Below, piece by piece: positions 49,461-61,837 of a stretch of 64,000 nt of DNA (position 1 is its first letter; every line of letters starts with the position of its first letter). The translations under genes were made by a program, and so were the position numbers. The DNA is from Acanthaster planci (taxonomy: Eukaryota). Location: positions 618,083 to 682,082 of the forward strand of contig NW_019091355.1 of assembly GCF_001949145.1 (NCBI RefSeq), given 5' to 3'. The notes under the pieces were generated by a model, which was not told where the DNA came from, did no database searches, and was given only the letters and a program-made list of their open reading frames with translations.

Positions 49461-51831
49461 AATGATAACACTGACCTACATGCAAAATGGTCATATCTAA
49501 AAATTAGTGTCAATGATAATATGCAACAAAATTGTATTTTGAAAGTTTTAATTTCTCTATTCATGTGTATTAAAAAAGAGAAAAATTAAACTCATTTTAA
49601 AGCACACCTAACTCCTGACCAATTCAACATCAAAACAAAGATGTAAGAATATAAATACAAATTTCTCTTTCATACTTCAACCAGTTTTGAAGAAATTCCC
49701 TTCCTGTGAATATTTAACGCTTCATGAATGACAGTAAGTTGGTACTTGTTTAAACCACTTAAAGTGATGCTGCTCATTTTCTGCAGTGTGGATCGGCAAA
49801 ATGCTCAACAATTTCACCATGTTAAAGAAGATATAACGTGAATAAACCTCCCCATCTGACATCGAACTTCACCAAGAAGGCATGTATGAAATTTGGTTGC
49901 ACAAATACCTGTGATGGAAGAGTAAGTTGGCAAAATCAAAACAGCCAAAATGTGTTTATGGGAGTTTGTGCATGGCCATACGGTTCTGGAAGGAGGCCTA
50001 AGCCCTAAGCCTTATTGTAAAGTAATGTGTCAATGACAAGCATCAAATATGACCAAAAATAATGTAAAAATATGGATTTCTAAGCATTTTCCTTACATGG
50101 TTTCCATAATCAGATTATCTGACCATGATCATGATGATGACTACCCATCATCGACAACAGGCCTATGCCCATTTCGTTTTCATGATATGCTCATGCATGC
50201 ATGCCATGTTTAGTTTGAATTGATCAAACATGATGTTTATCATCAATGAAGGGAAAATTACATTGAATTCTATGCTTTTATTTCCATGAGTCACCGACTT
50301 GCAATAATCAATCGGCGAACCGATATTGAAAAAATGTCGACGGTCAGTTGCACTCAGTAGCACTGTGACAACTGACAAAAAAAGAAGCCTGGCAACTCAC
50401 ACACACTTGCCTTGCAAATTCAAATAATTACGCTGTTCACAGGCACACGTTTTCTTAAATTTTACGTGTTGTCTCGCTTTGGTAAATTCCCAACAATTAG
50501 TGCTTACCGCAATCGCCGGTTTCGTCACTTAACAAGAAATAGTCGGGAAAGTTTAACTTCCTTTGTACAGAATGCATTTGCAGCAATCACCATGAAATAC
50601 ACGCCATTTTGAATGAATTGATACGACAACGCATGCGTCATAAGAAAGTGAGTGGAATTTGTGGCCAAAAGAGGTCGCTCTAACTTTGGACCGTTGGTGA
50701 TTGTTTGGGGTGGAGTGATAGGACACGCCCTCGCTTAGGCAGCCGACAGTTAATTTGTGGCGAAGGTCTGGAAAGATGTATGAAAAATCTAAAAATATGA
50801 CTGTCAAAAGAGTTGTAAGTATTCTAGCTTGAAAGACGAATGAGGATTTTTAAGAGTAAGATCTGGGTTACAATCACTTGCATGGCACCACCGTTGGGTC
50901 ACAAAGAAATTTCGAAGCATAAAATAATTAAAATGTTTCAATTTCTCCCTTCAATTCTGCTACTGCAGTGTAGATTGGAAGTCACTGTAACACGAAATAA
51001 AATTGTGGTTCGTGTATTCGTGTCCTAAAAACCCTATTACGCATTTCTAGCTAATTCGTGAAAAAAAGTTACTTTAAACCGGTGTCAATTCCTCGAGGTT
51101 TCCATTCAAGGATTTCTCAGTTTTACTTTTTCACGGAAAGTTTGAAACGCAAAGTGAGAGAAGCTGACATAATTGCCTAACGACCTTGGGTTAGGATTAT
51201 CAAATTGAATCGAACTGCTCCACCAACAGAGGGAACTGAATCTATAAGAGCATGGCAGTACGGATCTCAAGTAACTAATTCTGCCCAAGTACGCGCAGCT
51301 GTGCCCAAATGAGGCGGTTTGGAAACAGATATTAGTCACGGAAGAATAGTGGACTTACATTTCTGCCACTAGCTAGATCACTCAAGGATGATTCCCTGTA
51401 TGCAAACTTGCGGTTATCCCTTTCGAGGGTCGGATTATGGGAACAGATTTCTCAGTCATTTTTAGTTTCGCTTCCTGGAGCCATGTTGAGGGCCGGGGTT
51501 TCGGATTATTCCTCGGTTGTTCTCAGTTTTGTTTGTAAAGTACTTGAGTTGGTACTCAACTTTAAGTCAGGTTCCCCTCGGCTCTTCTTCCATTTTCTAC
51601 GCTTATTGAGCCGCACCCGCCTGCCCAAATTAGACGGTCACCTTGTAGTACTCAAAAAGCCCCCAAAATATCATTTTTAATAACATGGAAAGCAAATCAA
51701 GAAGAACAATTTTATAAATGGTCTATCGTTGATGCAGTAGACCTTCAGGACACTTTAACTGTTCATGAAGCTACTTTGCTCAGACCTTTTGAGCTTAAAA
51801 AAATTTTCTTGTCGCCTGTTAATATTCTCTG

Positions 51832-51917
51832 CAGGGGCGGATCCAGGATTTTCCAAAGGGGGAGGGGGAGTGAAAAAAGGGGGCGTGCGCCACCCAGGCC
51901 CCCTGCATCCGCTTCTG
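51832..51917. mobile_element. Short GC-rich MITE with 5-bp target duplication
   Basis: CAGGGGCGGATCCAGG ... CCTGCATCCGCTTCTG, flanked on both sides by CTCTG (51827-51831 and 51918-51922). Confidence 0.75.
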
Positions 51918-53602
51918 CTCTGCGTCCAACACATCAAAATGACAACACCTATGAATCAATATATCAACTGCATACAATGTCCCTGTTCCTCAAAATGTAA
52001 AGGGAAAATTGAGGGGGTTGGGTCAAATGTTTATTTGTTTCAATCACTGGTGATCAGTTCTACAAGTATCTATTTCAGGTGCTAACATGACTATTTTGAC
52101 AGACATATGCACTCTGCTTGCATCATGGAGAATTCTTATCCCTCCATGTTCGCTCGCATCCTGCCTATTTGCCGTGCCTGCCTCTGGCAAGTGAGGTTTC
52201 GCAACGGGCGCCCGATTCCTTTAATAATAAACAGCATGCGATGCGGTGGAAGGTCGCGGTTTCATACGGCAGGGTTTGCTTCAGACTCAATAAGGTGCAA
52301 AACAAAATGTGTCCTAATAAGAAACGGAAGGTTATTATTCCATTAACTCTTTCACTTTGATATTAAGATCCAAAACAGACAGCGGCATTGCGCTTTACAC
52401 AGGTAGTTGTATGGTTTTGACACCACGACCTCGGTTTAAATTTGGCGATGTCATCGACAAGCGGACCTTCAAAACTCACGATAGTCCTATCACTTCTCCA
52501 CAAGAGAAACAAATTTGCCACGGGCTATAAACCGGATTTATCCACCAATCTTCTCCCCTGACAAATCATCATTGCCTTTTGTATCCAGTTACGTAAGTTA
52601 CCACGTTCGCAAACCTGTTCGAAACCACGCTCCGCTGGTGCCTTTGTTATCCAAGTCAGTGTCCAGGTGATCCGCCCTTTCTCGACGGGATGAAAATCAG
52701 TGTGTATGTCCCTGGCACGCAATAATTGAGCGCACACGGCTGTTTGTTGACCACTGTGAAGTAGGAGATCATTCAGGAGTTATTTCGGTGACAAGAAAAC
52801 AGACTGTAACAAGGAATGTCATTCCGAGGGAGAATAAATTGAATTATACGCCTTTAGAGCTTGGAATCAATCAGGAAACACGTTTTCCAATTAAGAAACA
52901 AGTTTCTTAAGTGGAAAAAATTTGTGACTCCAGGGAGCAAGCGCTGATTTGCTCGGGGGATGCGTCATCACGTTGTGAAAGAACAGAAACTGTGGTTTTC
53001 CAATTAGTAAACGAGAGGTGCCGTTGATGACATCAAATCATCAGTCTGTTTTCAAGGAAGCTGAACTTGCAAGGTATTTATATCATCAACTGGAAATTTA
53101 TTGTAACACCCTTTCTTGATTTGAATGGTACTTCCAAAGTGTCTTTAAAAAGAACAAAGAAATTCCTTAGTTTGAGCCAAGAATCCCGAAGACTGCTTCG
53201 AACGCAAAAGTTAATCAAAACCATGAAAAATGAATATTTTTTTCTTTTGCAGAGGGGTATAAAGTGAATCAGTCTGACGCTATGGAAAAGAAGGCCTAAG
53301 ATGTTAGTATCCCCTTGAAGGATGGCACCTGCCCTTTAATCTGTCGACATCTTGGAGATTTACAGAGTTCTAATAGCTTAAGAGGGAAGAGGCTTCCGTC
53401 AGAACAATACCGACAAGTGCGGAGTATAATCCGAAATTCTGCACAGGTTACAACGGTAGAGCTGCCGGAACGAGTGACTGACACGAACAGGCGACATTGT
53501 CGCAACACATCAATCCCATGGAACAATAACTAGAATTATTACTGTCCATTTGGAAAGCTGGGAAACTGTGATATGGCGGTCTAGACAGAATTTGAACCGA
53601 TA

Positions 53603-56600
53603 ATGACACCAAAAGAAGTAAGATAATCAGTTTTGGGATATCCGTGTCCTGACAAATAAGTCAAGCTTGTTTTGACGCCGTAAACTTGGTTGACGACCAT
53701 CTTTTCATTTGCAAAATATTTGTGTGAGACTTGTGAGTTTTAAGTCTTCTTTTGATAATATCTAACCCGTGGAAATGCTTCTACACCACTGGTTTTATTT
53801 CCAAAGAGGCAAATTTAACTCTGTCCAGCTGAAAGTCCTGATCAACCTCTTTCGGCAAGAGCTAGTGGCATTTTCATTAATAACGGTCCAAATTTTCAGT
53901 TGATGTACAGTGGAATTTTACTCTTGGATAAAAGAGAGAATTCCGTAGAAGATCCTTTTTCCGAGTTAACAAAATCGGCGTATTACAGCCTTTCATACAG
54001 GTATGTATGGTCGTTTATGTCTCAATCTTTACAAATTGACCTGGGGAGATTTCAATTCTGTGAATTCGAGACTCGTTTGGTTTATATATCCATTTCTCCT
54101 CCAGATCGATCGATATAAACAGGGACAGCACGTGTCCTCTTCAAGAGAAAATGACTGACGGTCCCATAACAATGATGTTCATTAATCCGTCCAGATATTG
54201 GTCCATCCATTGGACCAAAGTCTGACCCATGACGCTCAACTCATCCGTTTTGTTAATTTGATATTTGATGTCCATCTTGTGATTTCCCTCGTTTTGTTGT
54301 TTTATCTTTCACAGGCGAGATGGAAGTTCATCCGAGCAGTGCGCATGATCATCATGCAGATTACCCTGAACAGGTAAGTTTTCCGTTGTCATGATAACAG
54401 ATATACAGTTATTAAATCGTCACGACCCAATTTCGGGTGGTAACTGATTGAAACTTTACCAAGAGAACAAATCAGTACATTTTTCTCATCACACGTTAGT
54501 GTGCAGTCCTACTTCGGCGACAGGCAAAACCCAACATTGCAGGTTGACAATTTTTGACTTAATGCCCTAAAATAAAGGGGTCGACAGGAGACATCAAAAA
54601 GAGTCTGACGTTTGATCCCAGGAGAAACTCTCCTAAAAAGCACAATTTGTTTGAAAGGAACTGGCAGGTATCTTGAGACCAATATCGTAGACTGGCCCAT
54701 TCGCAGATTTCATAACGGAGCTCTGATTTGGTTTCGTTAATTAGTTTCCCTGAGATGAACACCTCCCCCCAACTCAAGGCAACTCCGGGTTTTTTTGCAT
54801 TAGTAAACCTCGTAACATGAAGCCACATTTTGAGACACGCTGTATTTATTTTCATCTGAACAATAAACGCGTCCACGATTATGCCAAAGTCTCAAACAAA
54901 GCCAAAACTTGGGAAATAGCCAGTTTGCCTTCCGTTCTACCTCGCCTGTTCACATCTCATTCATATAGCTGTTTTTCTGTTCTTTTTGGCTTGTATGGTT
55001 TCCTGTCTCCATGCCAACGCCTGTCTCAAACGGGAACCGAACACACAATGCACATCCGGGCTTGATGGCAAGCCGAACACAATTTCTAATGCAATAAACC
55101 TATGAGTTATGAGACGACACGCCCGCAAAGCTGACCAAAGTGGATAATTTGGGGACGACCACTTCCAAGACCAAACTGTTTTTTGAGACTTTAGTCTCAG
55201 GTTGCTCTGTACACAGAGCTTTGGCGGCTTATACGGACAATAATTCAATAGCGTCTGCTTGACTGTATAGTTTCCCCAATAAAAGTCATTCAAAGTCTTT
55301 CTGTGTGCTTTCAGCCTGGTGGGGGGGTGGTGGTGGTCGATATTGCGATCTCTTTAAGGCAAATCATTTCTTCTCCGTTCACTGCGACAAGCAGTAACTC
55401 AGTTGTAGCGTCTGCAACTGGAACAACATACATGGACATGTACATGCAGTGTTTGTTACGGAAAACAGAGGCCACGCACGTATCATGTGTCGCTTCGATG
55501 CCAACCGACTCGGAGTTTGAAGCCAGGACAACGGCGCGTCACTTTCATGGCTTCCGCTAAATCCACACTATAATAATGACGATGACCCATCAAGGTTCCC
55601 TCTCCAAAAAAGAGGACAAGCCTCCTGCCGAATTGTGTATAAGGCAGTGAGTTGGCAAAGTTTGATGACCAAACCACCAGCTTCGATTCTTTATGGATAA
55701 TTTCACAGTGGAAACTGTCCACGAGTGCACCGTAGTTGAGTACCGGTACCGGTTTTATCTTCGGTTACTTTAAAAAACTGAAAATAAGAAATCGCAAGAA
55801 CAGAAAAGCAAATTCAAAATAAATTTGTGAGTGCCTTCTGCTTAGTACTGGTTTGTCTGAATGGCTGTTTCGCAAAATGATCCTGCAAGATTTTCGGAGA
55901 ATAGTTAATTTCCCGACTATCTGCAGAGTAAAAATTGAGTTTTCGGACCCCTGTAGCGTCATCCGCTGCAGTTCCGATATTTTACGAAACCACAGGCGGA
56001 AAATAACATGGTTTATATATTAATCGAAGTGGAATACAAGAAACACAAGTTTAGACAGGTGTCAATTTTGTTTGGTTTTACGACTCAATTATCGTGTCGA
56101 TGTCAAACCTGTCACATTTATTAGGTTAGGTGCGCGTTACTGGCTCAACTCGCAGCTACGAAGGGTGACACAAAAGCACAATTTTCTGCTGTCCTGAGGT
56201 CATGTTTACAACCACAGGACGCCAAAAACGACGGAGACCTTCTAATGAACCGCCCCAGTCGCTAAGTTGTCACTTCTGTGTTTACTCCCTTAGATTGAAA
56301 CCCCAGAAAACGAAAGCTAGTTCCTGTTTACTTAGTGGCATTTTTTCTCGCTCGAAGTCAAAAATTACGCCGACCACCGACGCATTATTATCTACATGTA
56401 TGTGCGAATTTGTTGACGCTGTCGCTATACCCGGAAAGCATATTTAGTAATTTCTTGACAAGTCGTTCCCCTCTTTAGCACGTAGTAATTGTAAAGTTTG
56501 GTGTTATTTTTGCATCGTCAAACACTTCCAGGCTGTTTTTGTTTCGAGATCTCCAGGGAGACGACTGCTTTAAACCTTTTTTTTGGCTGCAGAAAATGTC

Positions 56601-59600
56601 AGTGACTTGGTTGTATAAACAGTTACACCAGCAGGCAAATATCCTCGCTTAATTTTGTTTTGGTGATGTTACTAATTCAAACTCCGTTTATTTACCTCAG
56701 GCAGCTTTTTTTTTTCAATAAAATAAATGTCAAAGTATGAACAAACATCCATCTCCTCTGAAATAACGAAATCATTCTTGGAAAATCAAAAGTGTATCAC
56801 GTGGTTGTTTTTCTTTCACTGATTCCATTTATTCAAGTTTTGATGTCTTTGGATCATCGTCATCACGATCGTTATAAGGCGGGAGTTTTTTTCAGGCGAG
56901 CATGGACTGTGTATCTTTAGTTTCACTCTGATACAGAACATTTGTCTAATCCCTTGAAAGTAAAACCATGAGTATGGGGTCAAGTGGCCGGGGATGAACG
57001 ATTGCAAACTTAAAAAGGAATGGAAAAGTTGCAGTTCATTTTGAACAGGTTGTGACTGGACTTGATGATTTAAACTGTTGGTTTTGTTTAGAAACGATTT
57101 GATTTGACTGGCTAACTTCGCGAACAAAATTGTTACAGGGGTACGGCCGAAGTGGAGGAAGAGGACCAGGTCTTGTCCTTCAATTCTCACATCGAGGGCG
57201 TGGATGGAGTGACCATCGAACAACTGACCTTCGATAAAAAGTATTTCCGCGCAAAGAGAGAGGTAACATCTCTTTACCGACGTTTTCTTTTGTTTTGATT
57301 TTCGACAACAAGATTATTTTTATTTGAAATAAATATATTTGTGGGAAATCACCAAGTTTCAAGGGTTTTAAAAACGATTGAATGGTCTTACTGAGTTGAA
57401 CTGATGCCATCTGCGCTTCTTATTTACGGATATTGGAAATGTGTTTCTAAAATGACTAGACGCGCATCACGCAAGATGTGAAGAACGTGCTAAGCCTGGA
57501 ACAAGAAGACAGAACACCTGCCCAGTTACAACTGGTAAGCAACAAAGGGTATGCAAACTGGAAGACAGACGCCCTCAAGGAGGGAGGGCTTATGAGGTAG
57601 GGGAAGACTGGGGCTAAACATGCCAAAGAACAATGGTCCTATGAGGATAAGCCACCTGCAGGATTTCAATGAAAATGTTACGAATTCAGTTATGGTACAA
57701 ACAATTAAGATGTGTTGGGAATTGTGTCTGAGAGTTTTCATCGGTTGTGATGCAATGACAGGAAAGTACATGTACAATGGACAGCATAAGAAACTAGCCA
57801 CTTCTGTCAAAGGCCACACATAAACATTCACTCCATGGAAATAAACAATTTTTGTACACAGGTATGCTGCAATACCCCTTACTAATCACATGCCCAAAAG
57901 CAAGTGATTATCTTTATAACAAAGAAGAAATTGACATGCACAGCAACTTGGTTACTGAATCAAACGTCACACACAAAAGCACTCTCCACTATGTGATTAG
58001 TAGGGGTATTGCAGCATACCTGTGCACAAAAATTGTTTATTTCTATGGAGTAAATTTTTATATGTGGCCTTTGACAGAAGTGGCAAGTTTCTTTTGCTGT
58101 CCAGTGTATATAGGTCTTCATAAATTCAAACATTCTAAATCTGTCCAGTATTTTTCATCACTTATTTTTGTCTGCCAAGGCTCTCCATGGTCTACAGTCT
58201 ATCTCATCTTTTGCTGAATATCCTCTGCACATCCAGGAGAAACTGGTGCGCGTGGCATTCTTCTACAAGTAAGTTGCTGCTTCCCCAGAGACACCGGCAA
58301 TGATAAAGTGCTTATCCATAAATTATTATCAATGCTCTAAGTGTCTTGCTCAGAAACACATCGTACTCCATCGAAGTGTTGTCTTTACACGCACGTACCC
58401 TACACTACTTCAAGCTGCTACAGGTAATGGAATGCTTGATATACACGTAAGTTTACAAAAGTATAAGAGAAAACGACAGAAATAACAGAACAGATTATTT
58501 CAGAGGTTAAGCGTGGCTGCCATCTTCCCAATCAGTGGTTTTTGTTCCATAAGTAGACCTTTTGGGCATATCCCACTGACCAGAAAGATAGCTGCCGTCC
58601 GTAGCCTCAAACGAAGGAGAGGCCCAGCGGGGTCAAAACCATTTGCAACTTTTTTGGCCACTGCATAAGGGTCATATTTTGGATTTTTTGTTTACAGTAT
58701 TCCAGCCAAGAGGGTCATCATTCGTGAGGGTCATAATGCTGAAATTTTCTACTTCCTCATCACTGGATCGGGTAAGATAATCTTCAATCCCCCCCCCACT
58801 CCGGCGCGTGACTTACAAGTTAAAGGAAAATGTGGTTCATCAAATAAAAAACGCACCATCCATCCATCCGGGTTTTTTTTTCAAGGATCAACGTTTATAT
58901 TTAGCTTCAGAACTTCTCTATTCCGCTGCAAAGTGATTAGGCCTACTCGTAAAATAGAGAAGAGCCTATTTCTCCAATATTTTTGGAGAGTTTGTAAAAT
59001 TCTTTGTCACGACTGGCTTCGTGTCTAGCTGCTGTGACATGTTCTGGTGTGGATCCGGTGAGCAAGGAACCCACGGCCAAAGTGGTGCAGATCTTACGCA
59101 AGGGAGAATGCTTCGGAGAACGAGAACTACTGCATAGCATCAAACGAACTCACACCATCACCGCCGAGGTGCCCTGTGAGCTCATCGCAATAGAGATGGA
59201 GGTAGGGATTTATTGTGAATATGAAAGCTGCTCTAGCTCAGAACAACATACAATATGTGTCATATTCCAAACAACTATATGAATTTGCCAAATATTGTTG
59301 TCTTTGCGGTACATTACATTATGCATGTACCTTTATCATGAAAACATACGTCTGAACCAACAACGCAGGTAACCGGTTAGAGTGTCATACCATTTCACTT
59401 CTTAGAGACCGGTTAATATCCGGCAATACCAATACTTTGACTCAAGTCAAAGTAAAATGAAAAAAAAATTTAATAAACATGTAAACATTTTGATATTCAA
59501 ACAAAAGTGAAAGCCATGACTTAACAGGGTTTCTTTTACTTTTATCTGGGTTTTTGTCCATTGTAGGATTTCTTTGACATGTTTATGGGTGAAGGTGATC

Positions 59601-61837
59601 ATGGAAAAGAGATGGAACATCTGAAATTCCTGAGGTATGTTGGTTCATGCAAAAGCTGAACAAATAATCACTGAAGGAGGCGGAACCCACACCCCCTACA
59701 ACTCCTTCTTCAGCCTTTGGCTGCTTTAAAAACAAGGTGTTTTCCTATCTCACGTGTGTTGAACATATAAATGTATCCCACACAGAACTGTAAGCATCGC
59801 AAATATTGACTATTACAATAGGTCGTGATTTTTAAAAACCTTAATTTGTTCTTGTTCAGGATACTCCCTTTTTTGAAGGGATGGCCCGTGCGGAAACTCA
59901 ATGATCATCCCCAGATGGGACTCTTCCATTATTTCAAGTAGGTAACAATGCAAATTCAGATCAACCAAGCCATGTAAAGTCATCAGTGCCTACCAAAGAC
60001 CATGTCCTCTCAAACGCAATGTAAGTTTCTAATTTAATTTTCTTTGCAGACGAGGGGCAGTTATTTCCACGGACAGCAACCAGTCAGACTGGCTGTACAT
60101 TGTCAAGTCTGTAAGTTACTCATTGTAAATCTCCTTTTCTACACATTCTACATGATATATCACCACAGTTAATGGAATTCCATTTATGGATTTCAGTATC
60201 TGTTCATATTCCAGGGTTCTTGCCAAGTGATCAAGGAATTGTCAGAAGCCAGACCAGGGCAGCAGAGACGAAGTAGCACGATCCTTGACCCCAACATGAA
60301 TGAGAAATTTGCTCCCAATGGACTCAATGTTGGTGAGTCTAAGGGCATGAAGAAGACATTTAGTGACAACATTTATTATAGACTTTGTATTAAAACAAAA
60401 ACTAGTGGTTTTCATCTGAATGGGCACAAACTGGAAGCATGTTTGCAAAGGAACACACCAAAATGAGGGCCCATGAAAGTAATACTACTTAAACATCTTT
60501 AAACTCTCCTTAAACCACCACTGATGATGTATATGAGCATCCAAGCCAAGAAAAGTTTTAACTTAACCGTTGTGGTGTAATTTTCATTGTCTAACCTTTT
60601 TGCAAGGCAACAATTAGGAAATTCTTATTAATTGTTCGCAATCAGTGACTGATTTTTTCAACTGTTCTTAATTTATTCTCAAACCAGTGTACATACATGT
60701 ACCACAGAGTCAGTGCCCTTGAATTTGTTGTTTACAGGTCCCAAAATCGACAGTCGAAGACGGCGATCATCAGTCAAGGAACCAGACCTGAGCAGTCTGA
60801 GGGTGCCTTCATCACTTGATGATACAAGGGTAAGTCAGTTTCCACAGGGCTAACTTTGAAGGGCAATACATGTACCTGATGGGACTTTGCTTGAAGGTTT
60901 CTGGTATTTTGACACCTGGTAACTTCAATGCTGTCTGTATGTTTTGCTTCACTTCCTTATTATTTCAGTCTAGAGATGGTGACAAGAAGGTTGTCTTTGT
61001 CCAACTGGACATGTTGCTACCAAAGGATGTTTTTGTAAGTATACGCCTGAAATCGTGAAAAGTACATGTACTTCTTACATGACCACAGAGGTTATTAACG
61101 GAAGAATGAATGAAATTCAAATGTATTACCTTTCAAGATGTACTTTGCGTTGGGGAGATATTAATTTCAATTGTGGGTTTGCCCTTATTTTCATATACAT
61201 TCATAAACATCGTACACTGTTCATCATGTATATTCATGAACACTGTATACTCAGTGCTTGTCCAAGACTGTAAAAAACTACATCTTGAAATAGTTTGAGG
61301 TACCTGCTGCTACATCTGACTTGGACTGGCCAGCCCACCCTGGCAAGGTCAGTGGTGGAGACATCTGCACTAGTAAACAGGAGGTCATGAGTTCGAGTGA
61401 GCTTGTGAATTTTTTTCGCAAGCTCTTGGACAAACACCGAGTATACATGAATATGCATCGTGTATTACCTTTGCCATTTTCTCTGCTGACATACTTTTCA
61501 TCCAGTAAAACTGATGTGAAAATCCACCTCCCTTTTCCAACCTTGGTAGGGCCTGCCATTCCTGTGCTCTGAGGCTGGGATAATCGATGCCAGGCAGCCT
61601 AGCCTCAGTCTGGTCAGCCGGGGTGCAGAGGTCATCATGCTGAACAAGAGATTCTTCCTGGAACACGCCAACCAGTACGTCATCCGTCACCTGAAGGAGA
61701 TCGTCCGTCCATACCCACTTCAAGAAACGTTGCAGGAGCACCTGCAGGCCCATACAGACTGGCAGCACTACAAGCAACAGACGCTGTCTACAGTGGTGAC
61801 AGGGGCTAGACGCAAGTCTGTCACCCAACCTCCTTAA
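53603..61837 (+). CDS. CNBD2: Cyclic nucleotide-binding domain-containing protein 2-like, 14 exons, about 459 aa
   Basis: Exons 53603-53617 (start tentative), 54315-54373, 57139-57262, 57460-57534, 58180-58268, 58698-58771, 59029-59201, 59567-59634, 59860-59937, 60050-60110, 60215-60332, 60738-60829, 60969-61034, 61550-61837 (1380 nt, in frame). The cNMP-binding domain shows RVIIREGHNAENFYFLITG and CFGERELLHSIKRTHT. A second domain-like part has WLYIVKSGSC, and the tail has SLVSRGAEVIMLNKRFFL...PYP...W..YK. The family name comes from recalled similarity. Confidence 0.8.
57775..58106. mobile_element. Tc1/mariner-like MITE in a CNBD2-like intron
   Basis: Inverted arms of about 116 bp (57775-57891 and 57991-58106), TA flanks, right end CCAGTG-TA. 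Confidence 0.85.
61335..61410 (+). mobile_element. Degenerate tRNA-derived SINE head
   Basis: A-box-like TGGCAAGGTCAGTGG 61341-61355 and B-box-like GAGTTCGAGT 61389-61398. Confidence 0.45.

Noticed and set aside
53253..53533. 72-aa plus-strand ORF as the CNBD2-like N-terminus
   Set aside because: Starts at TTG with an in-frame stop just upstream, so it is more likely 5' UTR.
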